A stretch of 64,000 nt of DNA from Paraspadella gotoi (Eukaryota > Animalia > Chaetognatha): positions 5,557,452 through 5,621,451 of the forward strand of contig CM119270.1 in the NCBI GenBank assembly GCA_051294375.1, read 5' to 3'. Shown one piece after another: positions 53,001 to 64,000 of this stretch. The translations under genes and the position numbers were made by a program. The notes under the pieces were generated by a model that saw only the letters and a program-made list of their open reading frames with translations, did no database searches and had not been told where the DNA came from. Position 1 is the stretch's first letter. The number at the start of each line of letters is the position of its first letter.

Positions 53001-55826
53001 GATCAGAGAGAAAGACAAAGTTATCGGGAGAGAGACTGAGCCCCTCGACGCAGGACAACAACAAAAGAAAAATCAAATCGACCAGAACCAAGATTTACAA
53101 AGGCTTCTTCCAAAGAATGAGGTTTGGGCTCGACAGGAGTTGTTGGCCCTAGGGAGAGTTTGTGTTTCAACAAGGTTGGCCTTATGGAGGAAAACAGGGA
53201 AAATAAACAATAGGGGGTCTAAACCGATCGAAAAAGCTCAAAAGGATAATTTTGAAGAGGATCATATTATCTTTTTTATACACCATTAGGAACTTACATT
53301 GTTGGAGTATTATTTTCATTTGAGAGAGAGANNNNNNNNNNNNNNNNNNNNNNNNNNNNNNNNNNNNNNNNNNNNNNNNNNNNNNNNNNNNNNNNNNNNN
53401 NNNNNNNNNNNNNNNNNNNNNNNNNNNNNNNNNNNNNNNNNNNNNNNNNNNNNNNNNNNNNNNNNNNNNNNNNNNNNNNNNNNNNNNNNNNNNNNNNNNN
53501 NNNNNNNNNNNNNNNNNNNNNNNNNNNNNNNNNNNNNNNNNNNNNNNNNNNNNNNNNNNNNNNTCGTCTTCGTCGTAGTCTTCGTCGTCGTCTTCGCCGT
53601 CGCAGTCGTTATCTTTGTCATCGTCGTATTCGAGGTCGTTGTCATCTTCTTCATTGTCTCCGTCGTCATCTCGGTCGTCGTCTTCGTCGTAAAAGCGATG
53701 AAATCGTCGTCGTTGTCATCTTTGTAAGAATCCCTGATGTCATCTTTGTCAGCATCGCCGTCATTTTCGTCTTTGTCATCGTCGTCGCCTTTGTCTCCCT
53801 CGTCTACTTCGTCGCGATGAAATTCCATCTTTTCTTCACAAAAGTCGAGTTTCTTTTGTGTTGAAATCCTTTTGTCTCAACGAAAATTTCGATTCTTCGT
53901 CTGGTTGTTGTCATCGTCGTCGTCGTTGTCGTCGTTGTCATTGTTTCCGTTGTTATTAGTCACCGAAAACCTGTCACAGTCGTCATATCGTCCACTTAGA
54001 TTTCGGTGTGGGCCCCTCGGGCTTTTTTTCCTTTAACTTATTCTTGTTATTTTTCTGTCTTTACAATTAAATTGCGTATATTCTATTTTTTTTCTATCTA
54101 TCTTTTTACTTCTATTTTTTTTAACATTTCCTTCCTATTTCTTTACTTCTCTCATCATCTGTTCAAAATATTTATTATTTTCTTCTTATATCTCTATAAA
54201 TCTCTATGAAGTTTTTGTTCTAATTTTTTTCCCTATTCTTTAACTCCTCATTTAACTTCTCTTTTCTTGTTTTCCGGTCGATCTCCTTTCTCCTTTCCTT
54301 TCTTGGATCTCGTCGGGTCCCCTTNNNNNNNNNNNNNNNNNNNNNNNNNNNNNNNNNNNNNNNNNNNNNNNNNNNNNNNNNNNNNNNNNNNNNNNNNNNN
54401 NNNNNNNNNNNNNNNNNNNNNNNNNNNNNNNNNNNNNNNNNNNNNNNNNNNNNNNNNNNNNNNNNNNNNNNNNNNNNNNNNNNNNNNNNNNNNNNNNNNN
54501 NNNNNNNNNNNNNNNNNNNNNNNNNNNNNNNNNNNNNNNNNNNNNNNNNNNNNNNNNNNNNNNNNNNNNNNNNNNNNNNNNNNNNNNNNNTCACAATGGG
54601 GTTTCGCTCCGAGGGATGAGGTCGTGCGGTCCGCTTTTAGGGCGGTCTCTTCCGTGTCGGTCCGGGGCTGATTCCGAGTTGTCCGGATTAACATACGTCC
54701 GTCTATGGGGTTTCCGGATTTCCGGATTTTCCGGCTGTCCGCTTCCGGGGNNNNNNNNNNNNNNNNNNNNNNNNNNNNNNNNNNNNNNNNNNNNNNNNNN
54801 NNNNNNNNNNNNNNNNNNNNNNNNNNNNNNNNNNNNNNNNNNNNNNNNNNNNNNNNNNNNNNNNNNNNNNNNNNNNNNNNNNNNNNNNNNNNNNNNNNNN
54901 NNNNNNNNNNNNNNNNNNNNNNNNNNNNNNNNNNNNNNNNNNNNNNNNNNNNNNNNNNNNNNNNNNNNNNNNNNNNNNNNNNNNNNNNNNNNNNNNNNNN
55001 NNNNNNNNNNNNNNNNNNNNNNNNNNNNNNNNNNNNNNNNNNNNNNNNNNNNNNNNNNNNNNNNNNNNNNNNNNNNNNNNNNNNNTCCAGAGGAGAAGAG
55101 GAGGGGGAAAGAAGGAGAAGAGGAGGAAGAGGAAGGAGGAGAGGACGAGAGGAGGAGGGGAGAAAGAGGGAAGGAGGGGAGGAGGAGGAGGAGAAGGAGG
55201 AGAGGAGGAAGGAAAATGCAAAAGTTTTTAAGTTAAACAAAGTGAAAAATTAAACTACAATTGTATTATGCTTTTGCAATATAAGATTTTACATATTATT
55301 ACTGTTTTTGTTTGTTGGTTTCTTTACAATCTTCTTTTTTTCTCTCTCTCCTTTTTTCGTATTATTTAACTATTTTTTTTTAGTTCGGTGAGATATTTTT
55401 AATGATTTAAAAATTCGCGGTTTCCTCAGAAGTTTTCGCGCGCTCAACTTTAATTGGATCGTTAGGCGGTTGGGGTTGAAAAAATAATCAATCGGTGGCC
55501 GGAGCGCAAGATGTGAATGGCCTTAAAAAATAAAGAATAACAAATATATTAACAGTTGAAGAAGATTAAACCAATTAGAAACGAATAGAAACTTGAAAGT
55601 TTTTAAACGGACATTCGTTTCAAAGTAATCATTAAAAATTAAAACGATGTTTGTAGAAGTGTTAAACAAAAAAGAATATAAAAATTATTTTAAAAAAGCG
55701 TTTAAAAGTAAAACGATACAAAAGAAAGACGGCATGATAGAGAGGAAATTAATCTTTCCCTTCTAATCAATAACCAAGTTCGTCGTCGTCTTAGTCGTCG
55801 TCGTCGTCGTCGTCGTCGTTAATAAC

Positions 55827-55860
<34 letters not shown>

Positions 55861-58298
55861 TGATTTTTGAGTCGATGGGAGAGAAATGGAAGCCATCAGC
55901 CTCTCACTCGCCCACGACGAAATTCTCGGAAATAGGGGGCCGTGGGAGTGGTAATGAAAGGGTGGTACAAATTGATATGGGTTGGTTTAGGGTGGTGAAA
56001 ATAGGTGTGATAAAGATAATAAGAAGTAAAGATGGAGATATTACGAAGCAATTGAACCAAAGTTAAAGTCCGTCGGACGCAGGAGTTCTAATACGCGGAA
56101 TGATGATTTGAAGTCCTCAGAGGCCGCGAGGGGGCGTCCGAGACGACTTGGGGCGTCTCGGGCGTCTCGGGCTTGTCCAGATTGAGATGAAGATGGCGTT
56201 TTATTCCTCGTCGTTGGACGGGATGCGGAATGACGACATGAAATTGAGGGCGAGAGGGCGTCGTTGAATTGGGGGCGTGGCGGAATCACGAGTTGTGCGA
56301 ATGGAATTACGTCCTTAAAAAAAAAATTAGGGCGATTAATTGGATTACTGTTTTGAATATTGAATAATACAGTATGTTAAATGTTTGATTCATTGAATTG
56401 TTATTTAATTGTCGCTTAATTTGTTGTCTTTTTTTTTCGAATCTTTTTTCTTCTCTTTCCAAAACTCTCTCTCTCTCTATCTTTCAATCACATGACAAGT
56501 TTAAACGCTTTTTCGATTTCGTTGTTGTTGCTGTTTTCTCTGTTGTTTAGCCGAGTTTTCTTTTTTCTGTTTACGATTCTGATAAAAGCAGAGTTCATTA
56601 CCATTTTCTCTTTTTTTCCTGTCAACCCCTTTTTTTTTCCATTCGCTGACAATTCGTTTGTTTTTTTTCCCTCCCGCATTTCCGACATTTATCTCCAGAA
56701 GACATCGAGAGCCTTTATCCGTCTGTTGTTTAACTTTACATCCTTACTGTTACTCATTACTTTCCTCATTTCAACCTTACTTTTATTCTTTTAAATTTTT
56801 CACAACAACGAACTTACCCGTTTCAGTTTTTCTCACTTTGTACCTAACTCTTCTCCCTCCCCACTTCTCCCACTCACCCAATACCACCTCCTATGTCCCC
56901 CCTCCCTACCCCCCCCAACCCAGACCCCAGATGGAGCAAACCCCTACCTTCAGCCGCCAATCGATGCGGTCACGCCTCACCTATTACACGGCGCAGTGCG
57001 TCCTTCCCCTCAATCTCTACAACGACAAAATCTACGCATTTTTGACTCTTTACTTTATGGTTATTTTTTGCTTCACACTTTACGCCTTCGTCCGGTGGTG
57101 CCTAAAGGTAAGGCTTTTAAAGACCCAATTGACTCACCCTTCAAATTTCGTGTTCATTTTTGAAGGGAGGATTTTTCTTTTCTTTTTTTTTTCTTTTTTC
57201 TTTTTTCTTATTTTAAAAAACTTTCCTTTGCTTTGTGGATTTTTTCTTTTTTCTTCTTTCTTCTTTTCTTCTATAAAATAGCTTTCCTTTGCTTTCTTTT
57301 CCTTTCCTTTCCTCTCCTTTCCTTTCCTTTTCCTATAAAATAGCGTTCCTTTGCTTTCTTTTCCTTTCCTTTCCTTTCCTTTTTCTATAAAAAAGCATTC
57401 CTTTGCGTTTCCATCCTTTTGTTACATCCTTATTTTATTTATGTATCTATTTTTATCCAATTTCCTTCCCAAACCTGACCAACCATTCTAATTAATGAGA
57501 GTTTCTTTTTTTTTTCCGCTGACAATTCACGTTATTGTCAACCGAAGCCTCAATTATTTCTTCTTTCCTTCCTTATTTTCTTGTCCACCTTCACATTTGT
57601 CCAAAAGCCTCGATAATTCAACGTCACAAATTCACTCCTTCGTCTTTCACCTTTTTCTCATCTTTGTCCATTCTCACCTCAACCGGTCCGATCCGTTTCA
57701 ACCACAACGAATTCAACTGTGTTTAATTTTGCTCTTCATTTCCTCCCTCGACCTTCCTCTCTTTTTTTACTCCCAACTCTTTTTTCGCTCTCTATTTTCC
57801 TATCTTTTCTTTTCCTTTTCTCTCTTCCCTACTTTTTTCCTACTTTTCTTACCCACGTTTTATTTCTTAAAATCTTCTTTCAACTATTCTTCATTTTGGC
57901 TTTTTCCCCAATCCTCTTATTTTTCCATTCTTTTCCTCCTTTCACCTCTTCCTCCTCTCCCTTCGATCTCTTCTTTCTCCAGCTTTCTCCCCCCCCTCCC
58001 CCCCGCACCGCCCCCCCCCCAAGGGTTCCAAGTGCAATCGAATCAGATTCGTCCGTCGATATCTCCGCGCGTATGGGGCTCGTCGACGGGAAGTTGCGGC
58101 AATCCACGATGTCGTCCGTTCGTCGAGTGGTACTTGCTGCAAGATGGCGTCTTTCGTGCTGCAGGTGTAGAGATTAGAACGAAGGACTGGATTGACAGCA
58201 TAAGTTATAACTCGGAGCAAAGTGCGATTCCATCCGTCGGTGTTTATGTGTGTGTGTGTACAACAAGCAAAAAATAGGGAAGAAGGCAAGAAGTGCGT

Positions 58299-58377
<79 letters not shown>

Positions 58378-60462
58378 TAATAATATACAGAGACAGAGAG
58401 CCTGTGAAAGATAGGGAAAAGTAGAGAGAGTTGATATATGGAGACATTCGTCTCCTGGTCGTGGCACTTTGCTGGTTGTTAGTCTCGATGCTTTTGGCCC
58501 TCGTTCCGCCCGTAAACGTCGTCGTAGTCGTCGTCGTCGTCGTCGTCGTCGTCGTTTTTCCTTGTTTTTTTTTCTGTAGTTGTTGTCCTCATTGTTTGTT
58601 GTTGTTATCGACGTTGTTGTCCTTCTATGTCCTTTCTCCGAGTTCGTGTCGTTGTCCGGGATAGTGTCCGGGTCTTGGCCCTGATAAGAATCGACATCGA
58701 TACGGAAAAAAAAGCATGTGCGTAACGAGTTCAGCTAAATGAGAAACAGTGACTGCTCCCGAGTATCACGGACTAACATCTGTTGTCAAAAAAAAACCTC
58801 TTTTTACTTATCCTTGTTCAAATTGCGCAAGGATTTCAAATATATCTCCATTGTCTTACTTTCACTTTTACAAAGTCGAATTTTTTGACCAAAGATTGAT
58901 TGCTCGGGAATTATTTTATTAATAAACAGGACAATCAAAGTGCAAAACTAGTAATTTAATTTTTTAAGGCATCCATAGCACTGAAATTCCTCAGCTTTGG
59001 AGAATTACTTGTTTTTTTTAAAGTTATCATAATTTTTTTAAGGGATGAACTTTATAATTTTTTACTGCTAGGATGATACTTCTCTATAAACTTCAAGTTT
59101 TCTTGACCTCTGCAATATGTAAATGAGATTTTGATTGTCTCGAGAATTCATAACGTAATTAATGAATCATGAATCTAGAAATATTCAAAATTCTATGGAG
59201 GACTAAAATCCACCAACCGTTCATCAGCGGCCATTGGTGCCGGAGGCAAGTCATTCGCCTCCCAACCCAAAAGTCCGGGGTTCTAGCCCAGTGATCACCT
59301 AGCAGTTAAGAGGGACGGGGCGCTTAACCTGCCTGTAACACAGTGATAATTGTTATTTGTTAGTGACAGAACCGTTCAATATTAGTAGTCCCTGAGCTTC
59401 GGATCAGGCTCTTCATTGGTGAGCCCGACTTCCGAACACAACAGCAATAAAAACACTTTCAGGCAACATGCCTCAACTTGGTGACGAACGTTCGCACACA
59501 ACAACAACTAATTCACTGAAGAGACGCAACAGACTTCTCCTACGGAGGGGGAGATGTATGGTGGAAAAAACTCACACCAACCGTTCATCAGCGCCATTGG
59601 TGCCGGAAGTCATTCGCCTCCAAACCCAAAGGTCCGGGTTTCTAGCCCAGTGGTCGCCTAGCAGTTAAGAGGGACGGGGGGGCGCTTAACGCCGCGCTGT
59701 AACACGATGTTAGCAGCCTGATCCGAAGCTCAGGACTGCTAATTAACTTGAAGCCGTTTTTTGCACTAAACTAAATAACAATTATCACTGTCTCTTCAAT
59801 TCGTTCTTTTTCGAGAATTGTTTTTTTCTCGGGAATTCTTTTCCCAGATATCCTCTTTGGTTCACGTTTAAAAAAGGGGAAAAAAACCTGATTACCTTTC
59901 CTTACCCTGTACCTTTTTTTCCTCCACCTACCTTCCCTTCCATTCTCGCAACTCTTACCTATAGTGAAGATAACTGGAGATGAAATTAAGGATCATTCAT
60001 TATTGTAGATTCGCAACTTGCGTTGATTGTTACATTGTTAATTTTAACGGAGTGGTCGCTAGTTTTTTTATTTTTTATGATTGACTGGCCGATATTGTGA
60101 TTCATCTCATTTTAACACCTAATCACACCCTCTCCTACTCCCCCGCACCCACCTCAACCCCCAACTCCCAAAACACCCCGCCCCTCCTCCCCGACGAAAC
60201 ACCCTCCCAAACATCCCCAACAAGATCGTGGAGCACAACTGCGGCAAAGTCGCCACCTCGATGATTATCGAGCGAATCTGGGAACAGTTCCTCCTTCGAC
60301 GCCGACCCGAAGCGGCGCCGGAAAAGGAGACCAACAAAGACGCCGCCAACGGCGCCGTCGACCCCGCGGGGCCGATGAGGGCGCTGTTCGGAGGAGGAGG
60401 AGGAGGAGGAGAGGAGGGAGGAAAGGAGGCGTTGATGAAGATTCCCAGAGATGGAGCTTCGG
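37872..60462 (+). CDS. inx: Innexin (invertebrate gap-junction/hemichannel protein): plus-strand exons of a scrambled locus
   Basis: Exon 1 37872-37932 MSFLLQFKDWITQSVGIDDT|gtaag; exon 4 45057-45154 EYVDEPNFSK...VSYY; exon 5 45648-45777 WTPVVLTIQALLFHAPFLIW (TM2); exon 8 56924-57107 YTAQCVLPLNLYNDKIYAFL (EL2/TM4); exon 9 58024-58164 RIRFVRRYL...FVEWYLLQDGVF; exon 10 60225-60462 IVEHNCGKVATSMIIERIWEQF. These match well-known innexin motifs. The intervening exons occur only on the minus strand here. Confidence 0.9.
38760..39040. repeat. Purine-rich minisatellite, about 112-bp unit, roughly 2.5 copies
   Basis: GGAGATAGGAGAAAAAGGAAAGGAGATAAGGAAAG recurs at ~38760, ~38872 and ~38984. Confidence 0.8.
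41200..41790. repeat. Degenerate (AAC)n-rich intronic tract (also ~43480-43820 and ~51300-51670)
   Basis: Direct inspection; lies in the intron between innexin exons 2 and 3. Confidence 0.85.
41795..43963 (-). CDS. inx: Extra copies of innexin exon 2 (41939-41795, 43963-~43824) and exon 3 (42593-42495)
   Basis: RLNRKYTCILLLLIAVPVFSKQ.IGDP and SY.W...NNS.RSKTYAYLESIR, with AG/GT boundaries; indel-rich. Confidence 0.75.
46701..47383 (-). CDS. inx: Second copy of innexin exons 6-7
   Basis: 47383-47189 (ISRVRIRPSFAIVADFVSQF...AEKFGNY..LY.LTK) and 46872-46701 (YLINILF..LTRFLGKEQWSHGFKWFNNFW...MC.DYAA). The phase-2 end of the latter joins in frame to the plus-strand exon at 56924. Confidence 0.75.
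48137..51823 (-). CDS. inx: Innexin exons 2-7 in colinear order on the minus strand (indel-rich copy)
   Basis: 51823-~51675 (RLNRKYTC...KQYIGDP..CF, TM1), 50449-50358 (SYCWTSDNS), 50025-~49925 (..VSYY), 49375-~49240 (WTPVVL), 48835-48636 (KFGNY-type, TM3 start), 48311-48137 (YLINILFQ..LTRF.G...GF...MC). Correct order and GT/AG ends, but many 1-nt indels. Confidence 0.8.
56201..56313 (-). CDS. Candidate terminal exon of the innexin, inverted in the assembly
   Basis: After the acceptor ttttaag, a phase-1 reading that matches the phase-1 donor at 60462 gives GRNSIRTTRDSATPPIQRRPLALNFMSSFRIPSNDEE*. It is a GC-rich island in AT-rich flanks. The assignment is inference. Confidence 0.4.
57270..57410. 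repeat. Short tandem repeat, ~55-60 bp x3
   Basis: CTATAAAATAGC.TTCCTTTGCTTTCTTTTCCTTTCC occurs three times (third copy diverged). Confidence 0.7.
59211..59340 (+). mobile_element. tRNA-derived SINE-like element, copy 1
   Basis: A-box-like TGGTGCCGGAGG, tRNA-like TTCGCCTCCCAA, B-box-like GGTTCTAGCCC; repeated at 59574-59704. Confidence 0.5.
59574..59704 (+). mobile_element. tRNA-derived SINE-like element, copy 2
   Basis: Direct repeat of 59211-59340 with several substitutions and indels. Confidence 0.5.
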
Positions 60463-61016
60463 GTGAGTTTGGATTTTGAAGGAGAGAGGGGAGGGAATGG
60501 GGGAAGGGAAGGGGGGAGGGGATTCAAAGGAAGGGAAAGGGAAGGGATGACGAGTATGGGGGACGGGTGGAAGGAATTAACAAAAATAAAAGACAAACTG
60601 TGATAAGGATGAAGAGGAAGAGAGAAAAGTAAGATTAATCGCGGAAATATAAAGTACGACGACAACAACGATGACGAACGTAACGAGGATGGAGACAACT
60701 TCGCTCGGTGAGCAGTAGAACAATTGTAAACTAAGACAAAGGGGTTACACTTACATAGATAAGTACGATAAATGAGCAAAATTGTAAAGGGCTCGGAAAA
60801 TCACTGTTTATTATATAAATATTGCGACACAAGGACGTCGACGACGACGACGACGACGAGGAAGACGACGACGGCAAAGACGTCGACGACGAGGACGACG
60901 ACGACGACGACATCGTCGATAGAAACGACGACATCGAATCGTCGCCTTCGTTGAACTCAAATTTAGTTCTTCGCTTCTTTTTCGCTTTCGACCCTTCGCT
61001 TTTTTGTTCGCTTAGA

Positions 61017-61090
<74 letters not shown>

Positions 61091-61235
61091 CTTCTCTTTT
61101 CTCTCTTCTCTCTCAAAGCTTGCCTCGCCCTTTTCCCCTAATTTATCTCGGGTTGGCCGCTAATCTAATCAGTTGCTTTGCTTATGGTGCTTATGGGTCT
61201 TATGGTGCGACGGAAAAAGAGAAGCCGGGTTTTTG

Positions 61236-61316
<81 letters not shown>

Positions 61317-63108
61317 GTTCTGAAAGGAAAGCATTGGGTCCGAAAAGAGGACAACGCCACGAAATTATGAGTTTTTGGGTAAAGCGATGGCATGAGACGG
61401 TGCGACCTGAAACAATAAAATAGACAGAGTAACCTAGAAGGGTCACTGAGAACAAAGATGTTACGAATAGTTTTATTTTAAATACGTCTTTAAACAATGT
61501 TAAAATATGAGAGGTAATCATTTGCTTTGGGTCTCAGCACTATCATAAGATTATAAGATATAAGCAAAGTAAAGTGATTAAAGTAACCAAGGTAAACAAA
61601 ACAAAACAAATAAATCAAGCATAAAATTAAGCCTGTAAAGGACTTTCTGCCATCTTTCATGACTTTCCATCGTTTATTAATTAATATCAAACAATTCACC
61701 ATTCTACTTAAAGCGATGAGAAAAGAACAATAAGCAACATCGCGATATCTGGATAATAAAAGGCAAACCGGCCCGATTCCATCAGGATTCTGCCCTTCAA
61801 TGCATGCCGCGATTAACAATGCCTAAATGTTGCATGTTTTGTATTTGTTCAATGCCCTCTGCATGTAAACGTTGCATGCTGCATGCCGAATGTAAAAATT
61901 TCAGCCGTACAGGTGCGTTCTACGTTGACTATTTTATTTCGTATCCTGCTACTCCTATAATTAATCAGCTGCTAGTATTACCATATAAGCACTAAAACTG
62001 GCTATTCCTTTACTTGAAAGACTATCATAATGAGATCTTTAAGTGCCTACACCGAACATCGCCAAAATGTAAATAGTTTACTCTATAAGTTTGTAGTTAT
62101 AGTTCAATTTTTTCTAAAACATGAAATTTCAAGCGCAACGTTAACCGTGAAAACGGAAAAAAAAGAGACTAAAACGAAAATCTAATCACGAACGAATTAA
62201 CTAAATACTATAATGATAATCATTACGAAAAGACTTTTTTCCTCGACTCGTTCACCACGAATCTCAAAGATAAGAAGCTAATAAAGATCCCTCGTTAAAG
62301 CGGAGAATTATTCCTCGACCGAAATCGTTCAACTTCGGACCCCGGTCGATTCTTGGCCAAATTAATATCTCACTGACGACCATCGTTTTAATCTAAAGTT
62401 AAAAGACAAATTCTTTATTTCTCACCAAAATTTCATACATCAGAGACTAAGTGACAGAGAGTTTTTGTTGCGTCTTTGTCGTCGTCATCTTCGTCGTTGT
62501 AATCGTTGTAATAAAACTGAAGAAACGATGCTAAAACAGGAACGAGATAGAAATGAGACAGAAACTGGACAGTCGAGTGACTGAAACGAGAAGACCGATG
62601 GATCAGTTTAGGAGGGGCCAAGAAGAAACGCTTCAAAAAAACTATTAACGGAAATAACAATCTAATGTAATTTTATACTTTACAAAATTATATTTAATCG
62701 CTTTAATATAATTTAAAAATAAATTGTCGCTAACAATTTTTTTTCTAAATTTTTAATGAGGCAATGTACGCAATGAATAAATGCCGGAAGATAAACAAAC
62801 ATCTTTTCGTACCATGAAAGTAACTTAAATATATTGTCGTCGTTCATTATTGCCAGATTTTAATATCCTCCCTTAGCTTTAACTGTTAAAAGTGCAGGAT
62901 GACTGGATGTCTGAGTTAAAAAAACGATATCGATTCCTATCGATTTCAGTATCGATACCTGTGTTGGTCTCGGCCTCTGGATTTGGTTTAACTCGACCTT
63001 CAACCACTTGATTCACTTGAATCACGAAATGATCACGTCGGTGAAACGAAGCCGAAATTTGATCACCTCGATTGTCCGCTTCGATTTCACGCGAAATGTA
63101 AATCCGCA

Positions 63109-63145
<37 letters not shown>

Positions 63146-63267
63146 TCATATCAACATCTCTCGCTCTCGCTCTCGCTCTCGCTAAATCAACTTGGATGTC
63201 GAGGACGTACGATATCTTTTGACGTCCAAATTTACGGGAAAATTTTGATTCGAAATAAGAGAGCTAG

Positions 63268-63311
<44 letters not shown>

Positions 63312-63598
63312 TTATGATTCATCTGAGGGCTGACTGATTTGCAATGTTACTGTCATAGCTAAGGATTGAATAATTGCGCGTAAAGATTTCAGAATAAAGA
63401 AATATTGTAAGCGAGCGATAAGCAAGTCTATTATTTAATTTTTTAAATTCTGTTCTGAAAGAAAAAAACTTTGAAAGATACCAATAAAAAAAAATCCTTA
63501 CAAAAGACAGTGAGAAAGTATTTCTCTGGTCAGAGTTGAACCAAAAAAGGAATCTTTTCTGCTTCGGTCCAGTCGAAAAAACAGAGGAATCTCTCGAT

Positions 63599-63637
<39 letters not shown>

Positions 63638-63698
63638 CGGACTCCTCATGAGTCGACGCAGTCTTTCACGGTCGAACGATTTTGGAAAAGCACCTCTT

Positions 63699-63766
<68 letters not shown>

Positions 63767-63912
63767 ACTTTCACTGTTCTCTCCCTCTAACCTAATCACA
63801 TAAGCAATCACCAAGATTATGACAACAATCATTATGATCAGAAGTCAATAATGCAACAACCGAAGTTCACCCATCTAAACTCGACATACGAAACTGACCA
63901 ATCATAACTCAC

Positions 63913-64000
63913 CCTCTCTCCGGACGAGGCTCCTTCCACTTTCGGTCAGCGATGTTCGGCGAAGCGAGATGACTTGAAGAATAGATGGCACCACTTTTGA
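63913..64000 (-). CDS. Possible exon of a neighbouring minus-strand gene entering from the right edge
   Basis: Non-repetitive, GC-richer segment with two open frames ending at a strong donor GG|gtgagtt; no recognisable motif. Confidence 0.25.

Noticed and set aside
59215-59600. Hammerhead ribozyme cores (CTGATGA on minus, CTGAAGA on plus; also CTGATGA at ~29245)
   Set aside because: I could not build a stem II followed by GAAA and a closing stem III with an NUH site.
1409-63832. Most ORFs in the supplied track (SLSLSL, ERERER, FLSF, poly-D/R/V/H/S; e.g. 38550-39419, 28691-29257, 57495-58277)
   Set aside because: They are stop-free translations of microsatellites or N gaps. The real genes are short exons that the track only partly captures.

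Overview
Eukaryotic (invertebrate animal) draft-assembly window, very rich in microsatellites ((CT/GA)n, (GAC)n, (CAT)n, (AAC)n, (TTTC)n), with many N gaps. Two spliced protein genes are recognisable. (1) An ABCB1/P-glycoprotein-type ABC exporter on the minus strand (about 151-7497; TMD1, NBD1, linker and start of TMD2, running off the left edge), with an intact tRNA-Gly(TCC) antisense in one intron. (2) An innexin whose ten exons can all be found between 34.1 and 60.5 kb but are duplicated and split across both strands. Large near-tandem duplications (about 5.3 kb x4 at 8.6-28.4 kb, 3.7 kb x2 at 31-38.4 kb, several at 41-53 kb) differ mostly by single-base indels and often sit next to gaps of exactly 25 N. 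They are most likely long-read gap-filling artefacts rather than real copy number. Small interspersed elements include a HINE/Helentron-like family, a tRNA-derived SINE pair nested with an inverted repeat, and two unclassified families. The features most worth following up are the divergent innexin (YYRW instead of YYQW, long first extracellular loop with N-glycosylation sequons), a dense TGCATG cluster, and a purine-5'/pyrimidine-3' polarity of introns. I found no prokaryote-type system such as CRISPR. All calls are by eye; no searches were run.
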